Source: Clostridia bacterium (GTDB lineage Bacteria; Bacillota; Clostridia; TANB77; CAG-508). From it: a stretch of 21,517 nt of DNA. The position numbers and the translations under genes are program-made. Positions 1 through 8,075 of the stretch are shown piece after piece; the stretch's first letter is position 1, and every line of letters starts with the position of its first letter. The DNA lies in the NCBI GenBank assembly GCA_016290095.1, contig JAEESU010000028.1, positions 1 through 21,517 of the forward strand, in the 5' to 3' direction. The notes under the pieces are model-generated. The model was not told where the DNA came from. It saw nothing but the letters and a program-made list of their open reading frames with translations, and ran no database searches.

Positions 1-392
1 TAACATTCTTCTTTAGATATATGAGACCATTAATAGAAAATGGAAATGTTTATTTAGCTCAACCACCATTGTATAAATTATCTAAAAAAGGTATAGAAGA
101 TATATATTGTTATACAGATGATGACTTAGATAAAAGTTTTAAAGATTTGGCTGAAAAAGGTATACCAAGAGATCAATTATCAATACAAAGATATAAAGGT
201 TTAGGAGAAATGAACCCTGAACAATTATGGGAAACAACAATGGATCCAGCTAAAAGAGTTTTAATTAAAGTAACAATGGATGATGCGATAGCTGCAGATA
301 AAATATTTAGTCTTCTTATGGGAGATGAAGTTGAGCCAAGAAGAGAATTTATAGAACAAAATGCTAAATATGTTAAAAACTTAGATATATAA
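1..392 (+). CDS. gyrB: DNA gyrase subunit B, C-terminal end (5'-partial, runs off window start)
   Basis: Frame is open from nt 3. Translation [26 protein letters not shown]...[19 protein letters not shown]...[15 protein letters not shown] matches conserved GyrB C-terminal motifs. TAA at 390-392 is followed by a hairpin terminator. Confidence 0.97.
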   Translation, partial: TFFFRYMRPLIENGNVYLAQPPLYKLSKKGIEDIYCYTDDDLDKSFKDLAEKGIPRDQLSIQRYKGLGEMNPEQLWETTMDPAKRVLIKVTMDDAIAADKIFSLLMGDEVEPRREFIEQNAKYVKNLDI

Positions 393-400
393 AACAAAAG

Positions 401-435
401 AAAAGAGGGTTCCCAATATGTGGAAACCCTCTTTT
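401..435 (+). terminator. Rho-independent terminator after gyrB
   Basis: AAAAGAGGGTT (401-411) pairs with AACCCTCTTTT (425-435). The GC-containing stem core is followed by a T run, 9 nt after the gyrB stop. Confidence 0.8.
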
Positions 436-890
436 AATATTAATAAAACTTATATTAACTTTCAGCTAAAACTAATAAACATCATTTTTTAACATGTCAA
501 GCATTACTACCGGAGGCATGCTATAAACAACATATATTAATCAGTTACTAGAATACAAATTTACTTTAAATAGCCAGATTCGTCCCCAAAATAAAGGGAT
601 TAAAACCAGCCACTTTCAAATAAAAGAGTATTCATGACTTCAAATATATATTATGCCTTTCAAATTCTTTATAAAAACAAAAAAGAACTATTAGACAAAA
701 AATATACTCTTTGCTTCCGACATTAATATTTTTAATAATTAATATCTTGGCTCGAAAACAATACTGCTACAAGTAAGCAATGTTGTTCTCTAAGTTAGGC
801 TAATATAAATTTTATAATAATATTATATGAAATAAAAAAAGATATATACTGGAAAAAAATAGAAATTAATTAAATCTTAATAAAATCTCT

Positions 891-919
891 ATTTTATCTT
901 AAGAATTTTTTGTTATAAT
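891..919 (+). promoter_or_regulatory. Putative sigma-A promoter of the two-component operon (extended -10)
   Basis: TGtTATAAT at 911-919 with a weak -35 (ATTTTA, 891-896) at 17-nt spacing, about 30 nt upstream of the RBS and ATG at 951. Confidence 0.4.
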
Positions 920-950
920 AAAATCGAAAATTACAAAAAGGGGAATATAT

Positions 951-1646
951 ATGTATAATATTTTAGTTTGTGATGATGATAAAGAAATAGTAAAAGCTAT
1001 TGGTATTTATTTAGAAAAAGAAGGATATAAAGTATTAAAAGCTTTTAATGGTGAAGAAGCAATAAAAATAGTTAAAGAAAATATAGTTCATTTAATAATA
1101 TTAGATATTATGATGCCTAAAAAAGATGGAATAGCAACATTAAAAGAAATAAGAATGGAAAAAAGCATTCCTGTTATTATGCTATCCGCAAAATCAGAAG
1201 ATGAAGACAAAATAAACGGATTAAATATTGGAGCAGATGATTATGTAACAAAACCATTCAATCCATTAGAATTAATAGCAAGAGTAAATTCTGGAATAAG
1301 AAGATATACAAAGCTGGGCAATATTGAAACAGAAGAAAAACAAAACAAATATCAAACAGGAGAACTTCTTATAGATGATGAAAAAAAGATTGTTTACGTA
1401 GAAGGAAATGAAGTAAAACTAACTCCAACAGAATATAACATATTAAAATTTTTGACAAAAAATAAAGGTAATGTTTATTCAATAGAACAAATTTATGAAA
1501 ATGTATGGGAAGATGAAGCATTTGGTGCAGAAAACATCATAGCAGTTCATATAAGACATATAAGAGAAAAAATAGAAATAAATCCAAAAGAACCTAAATA
1601 TTTAAAAGTTATATGGGGAATAGGATATAAAATAGAAAATTTATAA
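951..1646 (+). CDS. OmpR/PhoB-family response regulator (receiver + winged-helix DNA-binding domain)
   Basis: Receiver motifs: DDD at residues 8-10, LIILD(52)IMMP, SAK, and K in YVTKPF. C-terminal trans_reg_C-like LTPTEYNILKFL...IWGIGYK. GGGGA RBS upstream of the ATG. Confidence 0.95.
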   Translation: MYNILVCDDDKEIVKAIGIYLEKEGYKVLKAFNGEEAIKIVKENIVHLIILDIMMPKKDGIATLKEIRMEKSIPVIMLSAKSEDEDKINGLNIGADDYVTKPFNPLELIARVNSGIRRYTKLGNIETEEKQNKYQTGELLIDDEKKIVYVEGNEVKLTPTEYNILKFLTKNKGNVYSIEQIYENVWEDEAFGAENIIAVHIRHIREKIEINPKEPKYLKVIWGIGYKIENL

Positions 1647-1656
1647 AGAGGAAAAT

Positions 1657-3768
1657 ATGAGAAGAAGTAGAATTTTAAAAATTATATGTTATATATTGAT
1701 TCCAATACTTGTTTTAATTCTTGGAATATCAATATTTTATGAAGCTTGCAAAGAGAATTATTTGAATAGTACAATGGATGACAAAATGTATTTTCAAAGT
1801 GATGATTTTGTATATTCGTATATGTCAGCATTATCAAAAGAAACATACAATTTAATTTATAACAATGCAAATTATAAAAATGTAGAAGATAATAATTATA
1901 TTATTTATTATAATGAATCTTTAGATCAATACGGATTACAAATAGAAGATTATTTTTATTTAATAATATATAGAAATAAAGCGTATACAAATGTTGAATT
2001 AACAGCAAATACAAATACATTAGAAAGTATAAAAGAATTTATTAAAAATAATAGCAAATATGCAACAATTATAAATGGTAATGTTTCTTCAAATTCAGAA
2101 ATTATATCAAATAAAGCTATAAAGTATTTTAATCTTTTCGAAAACACATATTATACAAAAGAAAAATATGTAGATGATGATAGTGTTTATGATATTTTAA
2201 ATTATGATGAAGAAACTTCAAGAATATATAATATATATACGGAGAAAATAGATGATTTGCAAATATATTCTTCTTATAATGAAAAAGTTATAGAATCTGA
2301 TTATTCTATTTTTTATAAAGAAATTCTGACATACTTAAACAAATATGAAAACATATTTGTAGTAGCAATACCTGTTACTGCGACACTGCTAGTATTAATT
2401 GCTGTATTTTTAGTTATTTCCATAGGATATACAAAAGAAAGTAATGGAATAGAATTAAACGATTTAGATAAAATACCTTTTGAAATTGTTACAGCAGTTG
2501 CTTTTGGAATAGTTATTGCACTTATCTTCTTAGCTGGTTCATTATCTAATATAATCAATCCAGAAAATATGTTAGGTTTTATAAGCTTATATATAGCAAT
2601 GTATTGTATGGGATATGTTTTATGTGCTACATGGGGAATTACATTTGTAAAAAGAATAAAATCTAAAACTCTTTTAAAAACAAGTATTATAGTTATTATG
2701 ATAAAATTTATACTAAAACAAATTTCAAGATTCTTTAAATGGATAAAAAAAGTAATAAAAAATGCTTATAGTAAAATAAAAGGGAAAATACCACTATATT
2801 TAAAAGTAATAGGTGGAATGATAGGATATTGTTTTATAGTTGTTATTTTAACAATGCTTTTTGGACCAGTAGGATTAATATTTGCAGGAATAATTGCATT
2901 TGTTTTGATTTATCCTCTTATTGTAAATATTAATTGTTTTAGTAAAGTAGAAAAGCATTTAGAAAAAATGTATAAAGGTGAATATGCAGAAAAACTTAAA
3001 TCTGAAGAATTTACATCTGATTTTCAGAACACAGTAACATATATAAATGATATATCAAGCGGATTCGAAAAAGCAATTGATGAAAATGTTAAATCAGAAA
3101 GATTAAAAACAGAATTAATAACAAATGTATCACATGATATTAAAACACCACTTACTTCAATTATAAACTATGTAGATTTATTGAAAAAAGAAGACATAGA
3201 AAACGAAAAGGTAAAAGAATATTTAGATATTTTAGAAAACAAATCACAAAGATTAAAAAAACTAACAGAAGATTTAGTTGAAGCTTCAAAAGCATCTAGC
3301 GGAAACGTAAAATTAAATCTTGAAAAAATTAACATATGTGAATTAATAAGACAAGCAACAGGAGAATTTGAAGATAAGTTTGGAGAGAAAAAATTAGAAA
3401 TAATTTCAAGTTTTCCAGATCAAGACTTATATATTAATGCTGATAACAGGTACCTTTATAGAGTAATAGAAAATTTGTATAGCAATATATCAAAATATAC
3501 ATTAGAAAGTTCAAGAGTTTATATTGATATAAAAAGAATTGAAAACAATGTAAATGTTACAATGAAAAATATATCTAAAGAAAAATTAAATATTTCAGCA
3601 GAGGAATTAGCGCAAAGATTTGTAAGAGGAGATAAGTCTAGAAGTACTGAAGGAAGTGGATTAGGAATATCAATTTCAAAAAGTTTAACAGAACTTCAAA
3701 ATGGTAAATTTAGTTTGCAAATAGATGGAGATTTATTTAAAGTAGAATTAGAATTTGCAATAATTTAA
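1657..3768 (+). CDS. Sensor histidine kinase with a large N-terminal extracytoplasmic domain and a multi-TM core
   Basis: H-box SHDIKTPLTSI (His493, nt 3133-3135). N-box YRVIENLYSNISKY. G-boxes RGDKSRS and GSGLGISISK. One N-terminal TM, then about 200 aa of N/Y-rich sequence, then about 5-6 hydrophobic helices. Starts 10 nt after the regulator stop, with an AGAGGA RBS. Confidence 0.93.
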   Translation: MRRSRILKIICYILIPILVLILGISIFYEACKENYLNSTMDDKMYFQSDDFVYSYMSALSKETYNLIYNNANYKNVEDNNYIIYYNESLDQYGLQIEDYFYLIIYRNKAYTNVELTANTNTLESIKEFIKNNSKYATIINGNVSSNSEIISNKAIKYFNLFENTYYTKEKYVDDDSVYDILNYDEETSRIYNIYTEKIDDLQIYSSYNEKVIESDYSIFYKEILTYLNKYENIFVVAIPVTATLLVLIAVFLVISIGYTKESNGIELNDLDKIPFEIVTAVAFGIVIALIFLAGSLSNIINPENMLGFISLYIAMYCMGYVLCATWGITFVKRIKSKTLLKTSIIVIMIKFILKQISRFFKWIKKVIKNAYSKIKGKIPLYLKVIGGMIGYCFIVVILTMLFGPVGLIFAGIIAFVLIYPLIVNINCFSKVEKHLEKMYKGEYAEKLKSEEFTSDFQNTVTYINDISSGFEKAIDENVKSERLKTELITNVSHDIKTPLTSIINYVDLLKKEDIENEKVKEYLDILENKSQRLKKLTEDLVEASKASSGNVKLNLEKINICELIRQATGEFEDKFGEKKLEIISSFPDQDLYINADNRYLYRVIENLYSNISKYTLESSRVYIDIKRIENNVNVTMKNISKEKLNISAEELAQRFVRGDKSRSTEGSGLGISISKSLTELQNGKFSLQIDGDLFKVELEFAII

Positions 3769-3778
3769 ATAATATTTT

Positions 3779-3806
3779 AAAAGCACTAATAAAATTAGTG
3801 CTTTTT
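3779..3806 (+). terminator. Rho-independent terminator after the kinase gene
   Basis: AGCACTAAT (3782-3790) pairs with ATTAGTGCT (3794-3802). Flanking A/T extension and a TTTT tail. Confidence 0.7.
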
Positions 3807-3809
3807 CTA

Positions 3810-3838
3810 TTGACAAAATAGTATAAGGGGTGTATTAT
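3810..3838 (+). promoter_or_regulatory. Sigma-A promoter of the VirB4 operon
   Basis: TTGACA (3810-3815), 17 nt, TATTAT (3833-3838) preceded by TG. An AGGAG RBS at 3855-3859 follows. Confidence 0.65.
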
Positions 3839-3898
3839 AAGCAAAATCTTAAGAAAGGAGTATAAAAAATAAAAAAAGAAAAGTCAACAAAAGAATGG

Positions 3899-4444
3899 TT
3901 GCCTTTTGAGAAAATCTTAGATAACGGAATAATTATTACAAAAAACTCGTACGTTAAAATAATTAAAATTATACCAATCAATTATCATTTGAAGTCTAAT
4001 TTAGAAAAAGAATCAATATTAAATTCATATAAATTATTTCTTAAAACATGTGATTTTAATCTTCAAATACTCATTCAGAGTAAAAAAGAAAATCTTTCAA
4101 AAATGTTTTTAAATCTTAAAGAAAAATCCCAAAAAGAAAATGAAAAAATAAAAGAATTAATAGATAAATATAAGGAGTTTATTTTGTCTAGAAATGACAT
4201 AGATAAATCTACATCAAGAAATTTTTATATTGTAATAAAAAAAGAAATAAATGATTCTCAAAAGGTAGAAGAAAAGCAAATAAATGAAAAAATAGCAATA
4301 AGCCAGTTAAACGAAAACTTCTTTAAAATAAAAGAATCTTTGTCAAGATGTGGAAATATTATTTATGATGTTAATAATAAAGAAGATGTAGTTGAGATAT
4401 TAAGTTCATTTATAATTGCTAAAAATAATGGTAAAGGAGAGTGA
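3899..4444 (+). CDS. VirB4/TrsE/PrgJ-like conjugation ATPase, N-terminal domain fragment (ORF 1 of a split gene)
   Basis: EWLPFEKILDNGIIITKNSYVKIIKIIPINYHLKS...ESILNSYKLFLKTCDFNLQILIQSKK resembles the N-terminal CagE/TrbE/VirB-type domain of Gram-positive VirB4 homologues. The listed start is TTG. The frame is open from 3866, and the AGGAG at 3855-3859 is better spaced for an ATA codon at 3869. Confidence 0.7.
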   Translation: MPFEKILDNGIIITKNSYVKIIKIIPINYHLKSNLEKESILNSYKLFLKTCDFNLQILIQSKKENLSKMFLNLKEKSQKENEKIKELIDKYKEFILSRNDIDKSTSRNFYIVIKKEINDSQKVEEKQINEKIAISQLNENFFKIKESLSRCGNIIYDVNNKEDVVEILSSFIIAKNNGKGE

Positions 4445-6209
4445 TAAAATAGAAAATTTTTATGAAGGAACAATTTCATCAAAAGATAAAATTGCTCCAA
4501 GTTATATTAATACAAAAAACCCAAGATATGTAGAAATAGATGGAGTATATTATACTGGAATATTAGTAATTGATTACTATAGAGAAATAACAGATTTACT
4601 CTTAAAAAACATTATAGATACAAATGTAAATATGAACATTTCTATTTTTTATGAAAAACAAGATACATATAAAACAATAAAAGATCTAACATATTTTATA
4701 GGAAATGTAGGTGTTGATTTGAAAAGCGGAAATCAAAATAGAGAAGATATTGATATTGCTGCTTTTTCGTATAATGATGCAAAATATATTAGAAAAGAGA
4801 TGCAAGTAAATAATGAAGACTTATATTTTCTTTATTTATATGTAGAAATTATATCTGAAAATGAAAAAGAAATGGATAGAAATTTAAATAAAGTAGAAGG
4901 CATTTTACAAGCTTCTGGAATGATGACGAGAAAAGCAAATTTTAGACAAGAACAAGTGTTAAAATCATGTTTACCACTAATGATAAATGATTCAGATATA
5001 AAGAAAATATCTAGAAGAAATATATTAGGAAACAGTTTAGTTTCTACATATTCATTTATATCTTCAAGTATATATGATGAGAATGGTATTTATATAGGAA
5101 CAAATATGAATAATGATTCATTAATATTTGTTGATAGATTTAACAAAGATAAATATAAAAATGCAAATATGTGTATTTTTGGTACAAGTGGAGCGGGAAA
5201 ATCATTTTATACAAAGCTCTTAGTGTTAAGGTATAGATTGTTTGGATTAGAACAATATATTATTGATCCTGAAAGAGAATATACAAAAATGTGTGACAAT
5301 CTAAATGGTGTATGTATCAAAATAGGACCTACCTCTAAAAGTTTTGTTAATATTCTAGATATTAGAGAAGATTCTATAGAAGAAGAAAATGGATATCTTG
5401 CTACAAAAGTAGGAAAGTTAAGAGGCTTTTTTTCAATGGTTTTTGGAAATCTTGATGAAGAAAATGTAGCGTTTCTAGAAGAAGCATTAATTAAAACATA
5501 TAAAGAAAAAGGTATTACGTTTGATGACAATACACTTTTTGTTGAAGAAAAGGGGATAAAAAGATTCAAAAATAGTTCGGAAATGCCAATTTTAGAAGAT
5601 CTGTATAAAGTAATAGAGAGTGATAAAAATACTAAGTTTTTTGCACGTAAATTATATCCTTTTATTTATGGTTCTTTAAAGTTTTTGAATTGCTATACAA
5701 ATGTTGAATTAAACAATAAATTAATTGTAGCAGATATATATGATTTAGGAGAAGATAATTTAAAATACGGAATGTATATATTTACAGAACTTTTTTGGGA
5801 CAAAATAAAAAAAGATAGGAATAAAAATAAAGCAATATATTTGGATGAAATATGGAGGCTAATAGGTGTTACATCAAATAATATTGTTGCATCATTTATT
5901 TATAAGATATTTAAAACAATTAGAAAATATGGCGGAAGTGCTGTTGCGATAACTCAAGATGTATCAGATTTGTTTAGTTTGGAAAATGGAACTTATGGAA
6001 AAAGCATATTAAATAATTCAAGTATTAAAAACTTTTTTTCTTTAGAAGAAGAAAATATATTAGTATTAGAAAAATACGCAAATATAACAGAAAAAGAAAA
6101 GATAGAAATGAAATCATTAAAAAGAGGAGAAGCTCTAATATTTATTGGCGAAAATCATATATTAGCTAAGATAGAAGCTTCGGATGATGAAAAGGAGATG
6201 ATAATATGA
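4416..6209 (+). CDS. VirB4/TrsE/PrgJ-like conjugation ATPase, central and ATPase domains (ORF 2 of a split gene)
   Basis: Walker A FGTSGAGKS (nt 5181-5204). Walker B AIYLDEIWRL. Downstream AVAITQDVSD motif. The segment IAPSYIN...YVEIDGVYYTGILVIDYY is typical of the VirB4 middle region. No RBS for the TTG at 4416 or the ATG at 4428. Overlaps ORF 1 by 29 nt in the +1 frame. Confidence 0.88.
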   Translation: MLKIMVKESDKIENFYEGTISSKDKIAPSYINTKNPRYVEIDGVYYTGILVIDYYREITDLLLKNIIDTNVNMNISIFYEKQDTYKTIKDLTYFIGNVGVDLKSGNQNREDIDIAAFSYNDAKYIRKEMQVNNEDLYFLYLYVEIISENEKEMDRNLNKVEGILQASGMMTRKANFRQEQVLKSCLPLMINDSDIKKISRRNILGNSLVSTYSFISSSIYDENGIYIGTNMNNDSLIFVDRFNKDKYKNANMCIFGTSGAGKSFYTKLLVLRYRLFGLEQYIIDPEREYTKMCDNLNGVCIKIGPTSKSFVNILDIREDSIEEENGYLATKVGKLRGFFSMVFGNLDEENVAFLEEALIKTYKEKGITFDDNTLFVEEKGIKRFKNSSEMPILEDLYKVIESDKNTKFFARKLYPFIYGSLKFLNCYTNVELNNKLIVADIYDLGEDNLKYGMYIFTELFWDKIKKDRNKNKAIYLDEIWRLIGVTSNNIVASFIYKIFKTIRKYGGSAVAITQDVSDLFSLENGTYGKSILNNSSIKNFFSLEEENILVLEKYANITEKEKIEMKSLKRGEALIFIGENHILAKIEASDDEKEMII

Positions 6210-7294
6210 AAATAATAACTGCAATAGGCAATATAGAATTAAATGAATCATTAAAAGAAATAGAAAATATAGAAGTTATAGGAAAAGATATACAATACCA
6301 AGAGGGAATATTGGAAGTGTTAGAAAAAAATGAAAATGTTGATATGCTAGCAGTAAGTAATTTATTACCTGAAGAAATGAATTTTTTGTATTTGATAGAT
6401 AGAATAAGAAAAACAAAAGAAGATTTAGAGATAGTTGTGTTTTTAGATAAAGAAAATATAAGTATAGAGAATTTTTTAAATAGTAAAAAAATATATAAAA
6501 TATATTATTTAGATGAGAATGGTATAGAAGTGTTTTTAAATTCTTTAAAGAATTCAAATAATGTATCATTAGGGATTTCAAGAGAAATAGAAGAAATAAA
6601 AAACATGATAATTGCTCCGAGATTTAAAAAAAATTACAAAAATAAAGAAATATACGTAGAATCAAATTTAATTGTTATTACAGGAAATCCTGGAAGTGGG
6701 AAAAGCATTATTTCATGTATTTTAGCAAAACAATTGGAAAAGAAGAAAAAGAAAGTAGCATTAATTAGTTTTGATAAAACCAAGAGTCTAAAGATAATTT
6801 TAGGAATTAATAATGTTAAAGACTATACAAATAGAAATGATATTAGTAATTATCTTTCTGTTTTTACATATGATTTTAATTTTAAGGATAATTTAAATGA
6901 AAGATATGAAATAAATGAATTAATTGAAAGACTAAAAGGCGAGTTTGATTATATTGTTTTTGATATATCTACAGAATATCAATATATAAATTTAATATTA
7001 AGAAATAGTAAAAAAATAGTGTTCTTATTAGAACCTAATTTGCTTGAAGTAATGAAAGCTAAACAAAATATTGATAAAATTATTTATGATTTAGATATTA
7101 ATGCAGATAATATCAAAATTGTATTTAATAAAACAAACAAATATCAAATAGCAGACAGTATTTTAGAGGAAGTATTTGAAGAATTTGAAAAAATTGGAAG
7201 TATTTCATATGACGAAAAATACAATTTATTTATAAATCAACATTTAAGCCTTTTAGATGATATTAATTTATATGAAATAATTTATGAAAATTAG
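6206..7294 (+). CDS. ParA/MinD/CpaE-like P-loop ATPase with an N-terminal receiver-like (probably pseudo-receiver) domain
   Basis: P-loop VITGNPGSGKS. FDYIVFDIS (Walker B-like). VFLLEPNLLEVMKAKQNIDKI and IVFNKTNK match the MinD/ParA fold pattern. ATGA start/stop overlap with VirB4 and a GGAGA RBS. Confidence 0.65.
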   Translation: MKIITAIGNIELNESLKEIENIEVIGKDIQYQEGILEVLEKNENVDMLAVSNLLPEEMNFLYLIDRIRKTKEDLEIVVFLDKENISIENFLNSKKIYKIYYLDENGIEVFLNSLKNSNNVSLGISREIEEIKNMIIAPRFKKNYKNKEIYVESNLIVITGNPGSGKSIISCILAKQLEKKKKKVALISFDKTKSLKIILGINNVKDYTNRNDISNYLSVFTYDFNFKDNLNERYEINELIERLKGEFDYIVFDISTEYQYINLILRNSKKIVFLLEPNLLEVMKAKQNIDKIIYDLDINADNIKIVFNKTNKYQIADSILEEVFEEFEKIGSISYDEKYNLFINQHLSLLDDINLYEIIYEN

Positions 7295-7304
7295 GAGGGA
7301 TAAT

Positions 7305-8030
7305 ATGAACGGATTAGAATTAGATACAATAAGTTTAAATAATAATATAATTCAAGATCAAAATATCGAATTAAAACAAAATAATTTTTTGGAATCTATA
7401 TTAGGAAAAACAATAAATTCGGCAGTAGATATAGGGATTAAAGCTATTTTACCAGACATAATAGAAGATGAAGTTATTAATATAAAAGATGCAATAATGA
7501 CAAACGGATTTAAAGATGGATTAAATGAAATAATTGATTCTACAATAAATACAGGTAAAAGCGCAATAGGTATTGTTACAGGAGAATTTGAAAATGTCTC
7601 TCAAATAGAAATGGCCGTAAGAAAGGGAGGATTACTAGATAAAACATCAAAATTATTAGATATTGCTATAAATTTTGCGAGAGAAAAGCAATTATTAAGT
7701 AAGGAAGTATCAGGACTTATAATGACTGGAAAAAACACTATTATAAATTCTGTAAGTGATAAAATAGAGAAAACTCTTACAAATCAAATAAGATGTATAG
7801 AAAGAATAGAAAAATATTGTGAAAAATGGCAGGAATCTTTTAATAATAAAGATATAAACCAAATGGATAATTCATTGAGAAATATAAAAACAAATTTGGA
7901 AAAAATAGTTCCTTTGGAAAATATAATTAATAGAGCTAGAACAATAGAGACATTACATAGCATAATAAAGAATACAGGTAGTTTTGATATTTCTACTGAG
8001 ACTATGGAGCTTGCAACGAAATTAAATTGA
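7305..8030 (+). CDS. Hypothetical protein (no TM segment or signal peptide recognised, helical/amphipathic)
   Basis: Long ORF (listed from 7284). The ATG at 7305 has a consensus AGGAGG RBS at 7293-7298, so it is preferred. I recognise no family motif. Confidence 0.6.
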   Translation: MNGLELDTISLNNNIIQDQNIELKQNNFLESILGKTINSAVDIGIKAILPDIIEDEVINIKDAIMTNGFKDGLNEIIDSTINTGKSAIGIVTGEFENVSQIEMAVRKGGLLDKTSKLLDIAINFAREKQLLSKEVSGLIMTGKNTIINSVSDKIEKTLTNQIRCIERIEKYCEKWQESFNNKDINQMDNSLRNIKTNLEKIVPLENIINRARTIETLHSIIKNTGSFDISTETMELATKLN

Positions 8031-8055
8031 CAACTAAAATAATTATATTTATAAT
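8027..8055 (+). promoter_or_regulatory. Consensus sigma-A promoter for the HEXXH gene
   Basis: TTGACA (8027-8032), exactly 17 nt, TATAAT (8050-8055). AAAGGAG RBS at 8064-8070 and ATG at 8076. Confidence 0.7.
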
Positions 8056-8061
8056 TATTTT
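8036..8061. promoter_or_regulatory. Perfect 12+12 bp palindrome (2-nt spacer) overlapping the promoter spacer and -10; candidate operator
   Basis: AAAATAATTATA (8036-8047), TT, TATAATTATTTT (8050-8061). The arms are exact reverse complements. Confidence 0.45.
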
Positions 8062-8075
8062 ACAAAGGAGTTTTT

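Noticed and set aside
691-720. Similarity of AAAAAATATACTCTTTGCTTCCGAC (near 697-720) to AAAAATATTACTCTAATTGTACCAAC (near 18316-18341) as possible att-like direct repeats bounding the whole region
   Set aside because: The match needs an indel and is mostly an A/T run plus ACTCT, which is plausible by chance in AT-rich DNA. An element with these ends would have to contain gyrA. A statistical repeat search could revisit this.
3821-3832. Shared AGTA(T)AAGGGGT-like strings at 3821-3832 and, on the reverse complement, near 14797-14808, as inverted repeats marking inversion breakpoints
   Set aside because: The right-hand copy is simply the Shine-Dalgarno region of the dnaD-like gene. The match is about 10 nt and imperfect, which is not enough to support a recombination site.
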